Assembly: GCA_037440025.1 (NCBI GenBank)
Contig: JBBIUX010000006.1
Location: 11,296 to 75,295 of the forward strand
Reading direction: 5' to 3'
DNA length: 64,000 bases
Origin: Candidatus Fraserbacteria bacterium
Lineage (GTDB): Bacteria > Bipolaricaulota > Bipolaricaulia > RBG-16-55-9 > DRXL01
The notes under the pieces were generated by a model. The model had not been told where the DNA came from. It searched no databases and worked only from the letters and a program-made list of their open reading frames with translations. This document shows, piece after piece, positions 1 to 8,950 of the stretch; position 1 is the first letter of the stretch; the number at the start of each line of letters is the position of its first letter. The translations under genes were made by a program, and so were the position numbers.

Positions 1-1199
1 ACGGGACAAGCTGGGCTGACGTGGATATCGAGCAATTCAAAGAACTCGCCGAGGCCGAACTCTTTACAGAGATCAAACGAACTCTCTCCCGGCTCTATCG
101 AGTACCGTCTGAGCGCGTCTTCGATGTCTACTACAACGAGAGTTGGCTCTATGAGAGTCGAGAGTCTAGGAGTCCGGAGTCTCAAGCTCTAGACTCTGAG
201 GGCTTGGTCTCTGTGACCAGCAAGACGCTCTTGCAATGGTTGCGCGAGCTGGGCTTGGCGTATGAAAAAGACGGCGCGATCTGGCTCAAGGTGACGGCAC
301 TAGGACGCCCGCAAGACAGGGTGCTGGTACGCAGTCAAACCGGCGAGCCGACCTACAGACTTCCCGACATGGCCTATCACGCGAACAAACTCCTGCGCGG
401 CTTCGATGTGATTGTGGACATCTTCGGGGCAGACCATCAAGAGACCTCTCAGGACGTCGTAGCGGCGGTGCGGGCGCTCTATGACCAGGGCAAGCTCCCC
501 CCAGAATGCACCCCCGACAAAATTCGTGTGCTCATCCATCAGTGGGTCAATCTCTTGCGTGGGGGCCAGCCAGTGAAAATGTCCAAGCGCATGGCCACCT
601 TCGTGACCATAGACGAGCTGATTGACGAGATCAAGCAAACGGTTGAACTGGATGAAAAGTCAGAAAAGTCAGACGAATTGAGAGAGGACTTTGCCGTCAA
701 CGTCGTGCGCTATTTTATTCTGATGCGCAGCCCCGACTCCCACGTCAATTTTGATCTGGACTTGGCTAAGAAACAGTCTAAAGACAACCCGGTCTATTAT
801 GTGATGTACGCGTACACACGGATTGGGAGCATCCTGGAGAAGTCTGGAGTCCAGAGTCTGGAGTCTGGGAAGTCAGAAGACTCTAGACTCCCAGACTCCT
901 CAGACTCCAGACTCCAACTCGACTTGCTGTGCGAGCCGGCCGAGTTGAAGCTGATCAAGAAGCTCGACGAATTTGAGCAGGCCGTTCGCGAGGCGACGGA
1001 GCATCTTGCCCCGCACTTTTTGGCAGTGTACGTGCACGAGCTGGCCGGGATCTTTCACGACTTTTACGAGAAGCATCGCGTGATAGACGAAACACATCCC
1101 GAACTGATGCGAGCACGGCTGGCGTTGGTGCGCGCTGTGCAGATCGTCTTGGGGCGCGCGTTCGACCTGTTGGGATTACAAGCGCCGGTGAGAATGTAA
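1..1199 (+). CDS. argS: Arginyl-tRNA synthetase, C-terminal ~390 aa (5' end lies outside window)
   Basis: Reading frame open to position 1; class-I aaRS 'VKMSKR' motif and DALR-type anticodon-binding C-terminus; two in-frame low-complexity inserts (ESRESRSPES..., SGVQSLESGKSEDSRLPDSSDSRL). Confidence 0.8.
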   Translation, partial: GTSWADVDIEQFKELAEAELFTEIKRTLSRLYRVPSERVFDVYYNESWLYESRESRSPESQALDSEGLVSVTSKTLLQWLRELGLAYEKDGAIWLKVTALGRPQDRVLVRSQTGEPTYRLPDMAYHANKLLRGFDVIVDIFGADHQETSQDVVAAVRALYDQGKLPPECTPDKIRVLIHQWVNLLRGGQPVKMSKRMATFVTIDELIDEIKQTVELDEKSEKSDELREDFAVNVVRYFILMRSPDSHVNFDLDLAKKQSKDNPVYYVMYAYTRIGSILEKSGVQSLESGKSEDSRLPDSSDSRLQLDLLCEPAELKLIKKLDEFEQAVREATEHLAPHFLAVYVHELAGIFHDFYEKHRVIDETHPELMRARLALVRAVQIVLGRAFDLLGLQAPVRM

Positions 1200-2116
1200 T
1201 GAGCTGGTTGCAGCGTCTCAAAGATGGATTGCAAAAGACCAAAGAGCAGTTGGTCGGTCGGCTGGCCCAGGTGCTCCAGCCGGGGCGGCGCATTGACGAA
1301 GCGTTGCTGAGCGAGCTTGAAGAAGTTTTGATCACGGCGGACGTCGGTGTCGAAGCGACATTGGAGATCGTGCAGGCGCTCAAAGACCGCGCCGCCGCGC
1401 GCGGCCTGCAAGACTCCTCTGCAGTGCTGGGGGTGCTCAAAGAGATTCTGAAAGAGCGCCTGCGGCCTGCAGAGGGGACGTTGAGCTTGCGCGCTGACGG
1501 CCGGCCCACGGTCTTCTTCATTGTGGGGGTGAACGGGTCGGGCAAGACGACGACGATCGCCAAGTTGGCGCAACATCTCAGAGAAGACCTGGGCAAGAGA
1601 AAAATTATCTTTGCCGCGGGGGACACGTTCCGGGCGGCGGCGATTGAGCAGTTGGGCATCTGGGCCGAGCGTACGGGGGCGCAGCTCGTGAAGCATCAAG
1701 CAGGCGCGGACCCCTCGGCGGTCGCGTTCGATGCCGTGGAGCGTGCTCTGGCCGAGAAGGCCGACGCGCTCTTCATTGACACGGCAGGGCGCTTGCAGAC
1801 CAAACACAATTTGATGGAAGAGCTCAAAAAAATAAACAGAGTCGTCGAGAAGCGTTTGGGGCGGGGAATTGATGAGCGCTTGTTGGTCTTAGACGGCACG
1901 ACCGGCCAGAACGCCATCTCGCAGGCGAAGCTCTTTCACCAAGCCGTCAACGTGACGGGGATCGTCGTCACCAAATTAGATGGGACGGCCAAGGGCGGCG
2001 CGGTCATCCAAATCGCGGGCGAATTACAGTTGCCCATCAAGCTCATCGGGGTGGGCGAGCGGGCCGACGATTTGAGAGAATTCCAAGCAGACGAGTTCGT
2101 CGAGGCGCTGTTGTAG
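1199..2116 (+). CDS. ftsY: Signal recognition particle receptor FtsY
   Basis: SRP-GTPase motifs (GVNGSGKTTTIAKLA, DTAGR, TKLDG); start overlaps argS stop (TAATG). Confidence 0.9.
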   Translation: MSWLQRLKDGLQKTKEQLVGRLAQVLQPGRRIDEALLSELEEVLITADVGVEATLEIVQALKDRAAARGLQDSSAVLGVLKEILKERLRPAEGTLSLRADGRPTVFFIVGVNGSGKTTTIAKLAQHLREDLGKRKIIFAAGDTFRAAAIEQLGIWAERTGAQLVKHQAGADPSAVAFDAVERALAEKADALFIDTAGRLQTKHNLMEELKKINRVVEKRLGRGIDERLLVLDGTTGQNAISQAKLFHQAVNVTGIVVTKLDGTAKGGAVIQIAGELQLPIKLIGVGERADDLREFQADEFVEALL

Positions 2117-2146
2117 ACATTGGCGAGCTTGGTCGTGTGATGTATA

Positions 2147-2413
2147 ATGCGATGTATGATCCGCAAGCAAGTCTATTTAGAGCACCAGCAAGAGAAGTAC
2201 TTGAAGCAGCTCTCCAAGAGACTTGGGCAGAGTGAGGCCGAACTTATCCGGCAGGCCATTGACCAAGCGTTAGCAGCCGATGCGACACTGCTGGCGACGG
2301 ATCTGGAGGCGTGGGAGCAGGAGAAGGCCTTTATTCGCAGTCTCATGGCTCGGAAACCTCTGCGTCGCAGCAGCCGACGCTGGGCACGGGAAGAGTTATA
2401 CGAGGAAAAGTGA
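2147..2413 (+). CDS. Small ribbon-helix-helix (CopG/antitoxin-like) protein, orphan
   Basis: 88-aa ORF 'IRKQVYLEHQQEKYLKQLSKRLGQSEAELIRQAIDQ' resembles RHH antitoxins; no toxin partner adjacent. Confidence 0.3.
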   Translation: MRCMIRKQVYLEHQQEKYLKQLSKRLGQSEAELIRQAIDQALAADATLLATDLEAWEQEKAFIRSLMARKPLRRSSRRWAREELYEEK

Positions 2414-2492
2414 ATGGCAGCCAAGCCGTTTTTTCTTCTCGAGAGGGGGTGCACTTCGTCAATCCCTTTGCTCCAGGAGTCGAGCTCCCACT

Positions 2493-4037
2493 ATGAAAGT
2501 CCTCACTGGTACACAGATGGCCGAGCTGGATCGCCAAGCTATCGAAATCGTGGGCCTTCCCAGCTTGGTGCTGATGGAGAACGCCGGGCGAGCCGTACTG
2601 GCAGAGCTTGCTACGCGCTTCCCTGATCTGGCAGAGAAAAAGAGCGTCATCATCGTTGGGCCGGGCAACAACGGAGGGGACGGGCTCGTCGTCGCCCGAG
2701 GGCTGCTCGATCTGGGTGCCCGGATTGAAGTGCACGTCCTGTGCAACCCTAAGTACTTCTCCCCAGAGACGCGCCATCAGGACGGTATGCTGCGCAAGCT
2801 GGGGTTCAAACTTGAATACCACACCAAGCCAAAGCACACCAGAGAGATCTATCGGGCTCTGAAAGGAGCCGACATCGTGATAGATGCGCTCTTTGGCACG
2901 GGCTTTCGCGGACCGGCGCGCAACCTGCCCGCTTACGCCATCGAGCTGATCAATCTCAGTACGGCGTTCGTTTGTGCCGTTGACATTCCCTCCGGAGTAG
3001 AAGCCGACACAGGCTACGTCACAGGGCCGGCCGTTCAAGCCGATCTGACGGTGACGCTGGCCTTGCCCAAGCTGGGACTCTTGCTCTACCCCGGACGCCA
3101 GTACGTCGGCGAGCTGGTCGTGAAGCCCATCGGTTACCCCCAGACACTGCTAGAACAGTATGCCAGCAAGATGACGTTGGTCGAGCCGGCATGGGTGCGA
3201 GGACGATTGCCCCGGCGCGAGCCGTATAGCCACAAGGGGAACTACGGCAAGGTGTTGGTTATTGCAGGCTCGCGGGGCTACACCGGAGCAGCGGCCTTAA
3301 CGGCCGAAGCGGCCCTGCGTGCTGGCGCGGGGCTTGTCTATCTGGCGGTGCCGGAGAGCTTGCTGCCCGCGATGGAAGCCAAACTGACTGAAGTAATAAA
3401 ACTGGGCTTGCCTGAAGAAGACGGATCGTTGGCACTGGCAGCGCTCGAGAGCATTTTAGCAATCTCTCAGGACAAAGACGTGCTGGTCGTTGGGCCGGGG
3501 CTGGGCCAGCACCCGCAGACGGTGAAGCTGGTATGCCAGCTTGTCGCCCAAGCCAACAAGCCGTTAGTTTTAGATGCCGACGGGCTCAATGCGCTCGCCG
3601 GCCATCTGGACGTTGTGGCGCAGCGTCAGGCCCCGACGGTGCTCACGCCCCATCCCGGCGAGCTGGCTCGGCTCATCGCTCAGAGCGTCGAAGAGATCGA
3701 GGCCGACCGGGTCGGCGTAGCCCGTGAGACAGCGCGACAGTGTACCAGCGTGCTGGTGCTCAAGGGCGTGCCCACGGTCACGGCGACGCCCGACGGGGAG
3801 ATTTTTATAAACTCGACGGGCAATTCGGGGCTGGCCAGCGGCGGCAGCGGCGACGTGCTGACGGGATGTCTTGCCGGCTTGCTGGCTCAAGGGCTTGACG
3901 GTATAACGGCGAGCGTCTGCGCGGTCTACCTGCATGGCTTGGCGGCGGACCATCTCAAACCGACCCTGGGCGAGCGCGGCATGATCGCTGGGGATGTGCT
4001 CAGGGAACTGCCGTATACGCTGCGTGAGTTCGAGTGA
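2493..4037 (+). CDS. nnr: Bifunctional NAD(P)H-hydrate epimerase / ADP-dependent dehydratase (YjeF N- and C-terminal domains)
   Basis: MKVLTGTQMAELDRQAIE..GPGNNGGDGLVVAR (YjeF-N) and GSGDVLTGCLAGLLAQG (carbohydrate-kinase-like C domain). The ORF track N-terminal extension from 2280 is implausible; ATG at 2493. Confidence 0.85.
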   Translation: MKVLTGTQMAELDRQAIEIVGLPSLVLMENAGRAVLAELATRFPDLAEKKSVIIVGPGNNGGDGLVVARGLLDLGARIEVHVLCNPKYFSPETRHQDGMLRKLGFKLEYHTKPKHTREIYRALKGADIVIDALFGTGFRGPARNLPAYAIELINLSTAFVCAVDIPSGVEADTGYVTGPAVQADLTVTLALPKLGLLLYPGRQYVGELVVKPIGYPQTLLEQYASKMTLVEPAWVRGRLPRREPYSHKGNYGKVLVIAGSRGYTGAAALTAEAALRAGAGLVYLAVPESLLPAMEAKLTEVIKLGLPEEDGSLALAALESILAISQDKDVLVVGPGLGQHPQTVKLVCQLVAQANKPLVLDADGLNALAGHLDVVAQRQAPTVLTPHPGELARLIAQSVEEIEADRVGVARETARQCTSVLVLKGVPTVTATPDGEIFINSTGNSGLASGGSGDVLTGCLAGLLAQGLDGITASVCAVYLHGLAADHLKPTLGERGMIAGDVLRELPYTLREFE

Positions 4038-4801
4038 GCGCTATGCTCATTGATAGCCACGCTCACTTAGACAGTCCCCGGTTTGACGCGGACCGCGAGC
4101 ACGTCGTCCGACGGGCGCTCGAAGCCGGCGTCAGGGTTATCTCTATCGCGACCGATCTACGTTCCGGCCACAAGGGCTTAGAGATCGCGCGCAAGTATGA
4201 ACTGCACTGCACAGCAGGGCTCCACCCGCATGAAGCGGACCAGTTCGCTGGGCCGGAGACGCTCGACCAGCTCCGCAAGCTGCTGGCTGAGCCGGAAGTC
4301 GTCGCCGTCGGCGAGATCGGCTTAGATTATTTCAAAGAGTACGCGCCGCGGGAGACTCAGCAAAAAGCGTTGCGGGCGCAGCTGGCGTTGGCGCTCGAAC
4401 TGAATAAACCCGTGGTTGTTCACCTGCGTGATGCGGCTGAAGACTTACTGAAAATTCTGAAGGAGCACTCTGGGGTGCGCGGGGTCGTGCACAGTTTTAC
4501 GGGAGATTGGGCACTTGCACAGAAGCTGCTCGATTTGGACTTGTATCTCTCGGTCAACGGGATCGTGACGTTTGAGAAGTCTCAGACCTTGCGCGAAGCT
4601 GTCGCAAAGATTCCGTTAGAGAGATTATTGGTCGAGACGGACTGCCCGTATTTAGCGCCGGTGCCGGTGCGCGGCCGGCGCAACGAGCCAAGTTTTGTGC
4701 GCTACGTCGCCCAGACGGTAGCCCAGATAAAAAAGCGCTCGCTCGACGACATCGCACGGGCGACGACGCGGAACACCCAGGAGGTCTTTGGGCTCTCATG
4801 A
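4034..4801 (+). CDS. tatD: TatD-family metal-dependent hydrolase/DNase
   Basis: LIDSHAHLD...GEIGLDY...VHSF signature; 4-nt overlap with nnr. Confidence 0.85.
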   Translation: MSAMLIDSHAHLDSPRFDADREHVVRRALEAGVRVISIATDLRSGHKGLEIARKYELHCTAGLHPHEADQFAGPETLDQLRKLLAEPEVVAVGEIGLDYFKEYAPRETQQKALRAQLALALELNKPVVVHLRDAAEDLLKILKEHSGVRGVVHSFTGDWALAQKLLDLDLYLSVNGIVTFEKSQTLREAVAKIPLERLLVETDCPYLAPVPVRGRRNEPSFVRYVAQTVAQIKKRSLDDIARATTRNTQEVFGLS

Positions 4802-5661
4802 GCAAATTGGTGCTAGGCTGTCATCTCTCCATCTCCGGCGGGCTTGACCAAGCCATCGCCCGCGCTGAGACCTTACAAATCAACGCGCTGCAGATCTTCT
4901 CGCACAACGCCCGCAGCTGGAAGATGGGCGCGCTCAAGCCCGAAGACGCCCAAAAGTTTATAGAACGCCGTCGGCAGAGCAGGATCGAGTACGCGGTCAT
5001 CCATACGATTTATCTGATTAATTTGGCCTCGCCCGACCCAAGAATTTTTGGGCTGTCTGTGCAAGCCCTACGGGACGAAGTAAAACGAGCCGGCGAGCTG
5101 AATATCCCCCACGTCAATACGCACATCGGGGCGCACATGGGCCAAGGAGTAGATGCCGGTTTGGAGCGCATCGTCCAAGCGATAGATCAAGTGCTGGCCA
5201 GTCCCGCAGCCCAGCACGCCCCAGGCGTAAAAATTCTTCTGGAAAATTCAGCCGGCGAGGGGACCGAGCTGGGAACTCAGCTCGCTGAGCTGGGGGTTGT
5301 GCTCAACAATATAAAGGACAAGAGCCGAGTCGGGGTCTGCGTGGATACGTGTCACGCGTTCTGCGCCGGCTACGATCTGACGACGCCCGACGGGCTGGAG
5401 AAGACGCTCACAGAACTAGAGCGCACGGTCGGGCTGGAGCGCCTCGAGCTGGTTCACTTGAACGATTCAAAATTTCCCTTGGGGTCGCAGCGTGACCGTC
5501 ACGAGCACATCGGGCAGGGATATATCGGGAGCGAAGGCTTTCGCTTGCTGGTCAATCACAAGGCGTTGCGCGAGAAGCCGTTTATCTTGGAGACGCCCAA
5601 GGACGACGACTCCTCTGATCCGACGAACTTGGCGCGGGTGCGGGCGTTGCGGTATGATTAG
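4798..5661 (+). CDS. nfo: Endonuclease IV (AP endonuclease family 2)
   Basis: LGCHLSISGG..., HxxY/TIM-barrel AP-endonuclease motifs, ~287 aa. Confidence 0.85.
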   Translation: MSKLVLGCHLSISGGLDQAIARAETLQINALQIFSHNARSWKMGALKPEDAQKFIERRRQSRIEYAVIHTIYLINLASPDPRIFGLSVQALRDEVKRAGELNIPHVNTHIGAHMGQGVDAGLERIVQAIDQVLASPAAQHAPGVKILLENSAGEGTELGTQLAELGVVLNNIKDKSRVGVCVDTCHAFCAGYDLTTPDGLEKTLTELERTVGLERLELVHLNDSKFPLGSQRDRHEHIGQGYIGSEGFRLLVNHKALREKPFILETPKDDDSSDPTNLARVRALRYD

Positions 5662-5740
5662 GGACCTAACCCCAACCCCTTCCCTAAAGGGAAGGGGCAA
5701 ACTCCCCTCCCGCTTTAGGGGAGGGGCCTGGGGGAGAGGT
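5661..5740. repeat. REP-like double-hairpin repeat, family A (CTAACCCC-CCCTTCCCTAAAGGGAAGGGG..CCCCTCCCNCTTTAGGGGAGGGG..GGGGAGAGGT)
   Basis: Two adjacent perfect palindromes plus a GGGGAGAGGT tail that supplies the SD for tal; copies at 6412, 8258 (reverse) and 55889. Confidence 0.8.
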
Positions 5741-5748
5741 AAACGATC

Positions 5749-6393
5749 ATGAAATTCTTTCTCGACACCGCCAACGTCAAAGAGATTGCGCAAGCCCACG
5801 AAATGGGGGTCCTAGACGGCGTCACGACCAACCCAACGCTGTTGGCCAAAGAGGGCCGCGACCCTGTTCACGTCGTCAAAGAGATCTGCAAGATCGTCGA
5901 GGGCCCAGTCAACGCCGAAGTGATCAGCACGGACTGTGAGGGGATGCTCAAAGAGGCGCGCCGGTGGGCCGAGCTGAGCGAGAAGATCGTGGTCAAAATT
6001 CCCATGACCCGCGAGGGCATGAAAGCCGTGCGCATACTCTCAGAAGAAGATATTCCCACGAACGTGACGCTGATCTTCTCGCCCAGTCAAGCGCTCATCG
6101 CTGCAAAAGCCGGTGCCTATTACGTCAGCCCGTTTGTCGGGCGTCTTGACGACAGAAGCGAGGACGGGATGCAGCTCGCCTCGCAGATCATTCAGATTTT
6201 TGATAACTACGGCTTCGAGACGGAGGTCTTAGTAGCGAGTGTGCGGCACCCGATACACGTGGTCGAAGCTGCTCTGATGGGCGCGGACATTGCGACCATG
6301 CCCTATGCTGTGTTTGAGAAGCTGTTCGATCACCCGCTGACAGATATGGGGCTGCAACAATTTTTGGCGGACTGGGAGAAGCTGCAGCGATGA
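5749..6393 (+). CDS. tal: Transaldolase / fructose-6-phosphate aldolase family (short TalC/FSA type)
   Basis: [13 protein letters not shown]...GVTTNPTL... , 214 aa. Confidence 0.85.
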   Translation: MKFFLDTANVKEIAQAHEMGVLDGVTTNPTLLAKEGRDPVHVVKEICKIVEGPVNAEVISTDCEGMLKEARRWAELSEKIVVKIPMTREGMKAVRILSEEDIPTNVTLIFSPSQALIAAKAGAYYVSPFVGRLDDRSEDGMQLASQIIQIFDNYGFETEVLVASVRHPIHVVEAALMGADIATMPYAVFEKLFDHPLTDMGLQQFLADWEKLQR

Positions 6394-6845
6394 GCGTGAA
6401 GCCCCCATACTGGGACCTAACCCCCGCCCCCTTCCCTGAAGGGAAGGGGAGTTCCCCTCCCTCTTTAGGGGAGGGGGTAGGGGAGAGGTCAGACCTAGAT
6501 CAAGAGCGTCACCACTACGTCCAGGCGCTGGCGCGCGTCGTGGAGGCCCTGCCCAAAGTGTTCGCTCAGATACCAGAGGTCGAGCGCGTCTGGCTCTTTG
6601 GCTCGTATCTGCGCGGGCGACGCGATCTCTGCACCGATCTCGATCTGATAGTGGTGATGCACTCCAAGCACGATGTAGTGACGCGCACGGCTCACCTCTA
6701 TCACCGCTTGGCAGCGTTGCTTCCGTTGGAGGTGGACATAGATCTGGTGGCGTACACGCCGGAGGAGTTCGCCCGTGAGCGCGAGAGCGGATTTTTGAAA
6801 TGGGCCTTAGCCCAAGGGCAGATGCTCTATGAGAGAGCCGACTGA
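6390..6845 (+). CDS. Minimal nucleotidyltransferase (MNT-type antitoxin-like); true start probably downstream of the repeat
   Basis: [21 protein letters not shown] = GS..D.D nucleotidyltransferase motif; the first ~30 codons are a translated REP repeat. Confidence 0.55.
   Translation: MSVKPPYWDLTPAPFPEGKGSSPPSLGEGVGERSDLDQERHHYVQALARVVEALPKVFAQIPEVERVWLFGSYLRGRRDLCTDLDLIVVMHSKHDVVTRTAHLYHRLAALLPLEVDIDLVAYTPEEFARERESGFLKWALAQGQMLYERAD
6412..6490. repeat. REP-like double-hairpin repeat, family A copy
   Basis: Same architecture as 5661-5740; overlaps annotated N-terminus of next ORF. Confidence 0.8.
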
Positions 6846-7278
6846 AGAGGGCCGGCGCTGGCTGGAGCAGGCCGAAGAAGATCTGAAATGGACGCGCCAT
6901 CTTGTGCGCGAGGGGGCGCATCACATCGCGTGCTTTCTCGCCCAGCAAGTCGCAGAGAAAGCCCTCAAGGCGTTTCTGTACGCTCAGGGGCGAGAAATCG
7001 TCTTGGGGCATTCTATCGAGCGGCTGTGTCAAGAGGCAGCCCAGTATTGGGAGGCGTTTGCACGGCACGCCCAGCGCTGGGCCATCTTAGACGGCTACTA
7101 TGTGCCGACGCGTTACCCCAACAGCCTGCCAGGGAGCATCCCTGCAAAAGTCTACACCCGCGAAGCCGCAGAAGAAGCAGCGCGGCTGGCGGAAGAAGTC
7201 GTCAGGGTCGTGCGCGAGCAGCTGAAGGGCAAGGGGAGAGGTCAGAACTATGAGCACTCAGACAGTTCGGTTCCTTGA
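6829..7278 (+). CDS. HEPN domain protein (toxin-like partner of MNT)
   Basis: 149 aa, helical; 17-nt overlap with upstream nucleotidyltransferase ORF, the classic MNT/HEPN operon layout. Confidence 0.55.
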   Translation: MREPTEEGRRWLEQAEEDLKWTRHLVREGAHHIACFLAQQVAEKALKAFLYAQGREIVLGHSIERLCQEAAQYWEAFARHAQRWAILDGYYVPTRYPNSLPGSIPAKVYTREAAEEAARLAEEVVRVVREQLKGKGRGQNYEHSDSSVP

Positions 7279-8215
7279 GACGCGCACCGCCTTCGGCGAG
7301 GCGCTCCTAGAGCTCGCAGCGAAAGATAGTGATATCGTCGCGCTGACAGCAGACCTGCCCGGCTCGACACGCTTGAGTTGGTTCAAAGAGAAGTTCCCTG
7401 AGAGATTTTTTGACTTCGGCGTCGCCGAAGCCAATATGATGAGCGCCGCCGCGGGGCTGGCCCTCTCGGGCAAAAAGCCCTTCGTCTCAACGTTTGCGAT
7501 CTTCGTCGAAAAGGCATTTGAGCAAATTCGCCAGACCATCGCGTATAACAAGCTGCCCGTCAAAATCGTCGCGACACACGGGGGAATCACGGTTGGTGAG
7601 GACGGCGCCTCCCACCAGACCGTCGAAGACATTGCAATTATGAGGGCATTGCCCAACATGACCGTGATCGTCCCGGCGGACTATTACGAGACCAAGAAAG
7701 TTATTTATGCTGTCTATAATCATCCGGGGCCGGTCTATGTGCGCTTGGCCCGCGCGGCCTTCCCCGTCGTCTTCGATGAGTCTGTGACGTTTGACATAGG
7801 TCAAGCGAAGCTTGTGCGCCCCGGCACGGACGTCACTATCTTTGCGTGCGGGCTGATGCTCTTCTATAGTCTTCAGGCTGCGGAGCTTCTTGCCCAAGAG
7901 AAGATCTCAGCCCAGGTCGTCAACGTTGCTACTGTGAAGCCGTTGGACGCGCGTGTGGTTGACTACGCGCGGGCGACGGGCTGCGCCGTCAGCGTCGAGG
8001 AGCACTCGGTGATCGGGGGACTGGGCGGGGCGCTGGCAGAAATTTTATCAGAGCAGGCCATCCCCTTGGTGCGCGTCGGGGTTCAAGACCGATTTGGGCA
8101 GTCGGGCAAGCCTGAACAGTTACTGGCGCACTACGGGCTGACGGCGGAAAGGATTGCTGAAGCGGCGCGAACGGTTAAGAAACCTCTCCCCCGGCCCCTC
8201 CCCGAAGCGTTTTGA
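7250..8215 (+). CDS. Transketolase C-terminal (pyrimidine-binding + C-terminal domain) subunit of a split transketolase
   Basis: [28 protein letters not shown]... typical Tkt pyr/C domains; no N-terminal subunit gene adjacent. Confidence 0.75.
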   Translation: MSTQTVRFLETRTAFGEALLELAAKDSDIVALTADLPGSTRLSWFKEKFPERFFDFGVAEANMMSAAAGLALSGKKPFVSTFAIFVEKAFEQIRQTIAYNKLPVKIVATHGGITVGEDGASHQTVEDIAIMRALPNMTVIVPADYYETKKVIYAVYNHPGPVYVRLARAAFPVVFDESVTFDIGQAKLVRPGTDVTIFACGLMLFYSLQAAELLAQEKISAQVVNVATVKPLDARVVDYARATGCAVSVEEHSVIGGLGGALAEILSEQAIPLVRVGVQDRFGQSGKPEQLLAHYGLTAERIAEAARTVKKPLPRPLPEAF

Positions 8216-8329
8216 TGCCACCGCTTTCTGAAGAAGATGCTGCATCAAAACGCTTCGCCCTGAAGGGGGAGGGAAGTTCCCCCTTCCTCTTTAGGGAAGG
8301 GGGCATAGGGGGTTAGGTCGGGAACTTGC
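8190..8329. repeat. Composite repeat: inverted repeat GAAGCGTTTTGATGC/GCATCAAAACGCTTC followed by a family A double hairpin (reverse orientation)
   Basis: 15-nt arms at ~8205 and ~8241 straddle the tkt stop; family A copy 8258-8329. Confidence 0.7.
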
Positions 8330-8547
8330 GCACCATCGTCGCTGACATCTGTCGGCTTAGCGTGATCGCGGTCACGGCGCCGCCCGTGAATATGATGGGC
8401 GCAACAGTGCGCGGCGCACAGAGATCATAGTACGCTGGGGACGGTTGTCCTTGGGATAGACATAGAGAAAGGGTAGACTCAGGCCAAAGAAGAAGAATGG
8501 AAAGAGGGCGCGACGGGTGACTACAGTGAGCAGAGCGAGAGCCCTGC

Positions 8548-8576
8548 TTGACATCGAGGCCCGATTATGCTAGGAT
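8548..8576 (+). promoter_or_regulatory. Putative sigma70-type promoter TTGACA-17-TAGGAT
   Basis: Consensus -35 with 17-nt spacer; a short 25-codon ORF (8610-8687) with GGGAGG SD follows. Confidence 0.45.
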
Positions 8577-8701
8577 ACTACCAAGTTTTTTGTAGAGGGA
8601 GGAAACGACGTGGAGAAGAACCGAGCTCGATGGGGCTCGGGCGGGAACAGGGGCGATCTTCCAACCTCGCTCCACGGTCATTCTTGAAGAGAGCGTTCGA
8701 T

Positions 8702-8731
8702 TTGACAAGAGGGGGGAGCGGGTGTTAGAAT
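8702..8731 (+). promoter_or_regulatory. Putative strong promoter TTGACA-17-(TGt)TAGAAT with extended -10, upstream of a ~215-nt leader
   Basis: TTGACA at 8702-8707, TGtTAGAAT at 8723-8731; GTG start of the large gene at 8951 with AGGAGG SD. Confidence 0.5.
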
Positions 8732-8950
8732 GTCGGCAAATTCACGCCTTGGGAGTGTATCTGGTGCTTTCACACAGAGAGACAGGACCAAGGGCGAGCG
8801 TTTTCGTGAGCGTATGCAGTATCTTCATCGGGAGGTGGTCGCAACTACGAAAGCACGGATCGTTTTGGTAGACGCTCGCATCGGCGCGGGCGTTGTTTGT
8901 TCTGAGCATGTTGGCCATATTTTAGACCCCAAATAGAAGGAGGTATACAA

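Noticed and set aside
2280-2492. N-terminal 71-aa extension of the nnr ORF, and small overlapping ORFs 2311-2496 and 2414-2626
   Set aside because: The extension is Arg-rich nonsense that overlaps the preceding small gene. A canonical ATG (MKVLTGTQMAELDRQAIE) at 2493 begins the YjeF-N domain.
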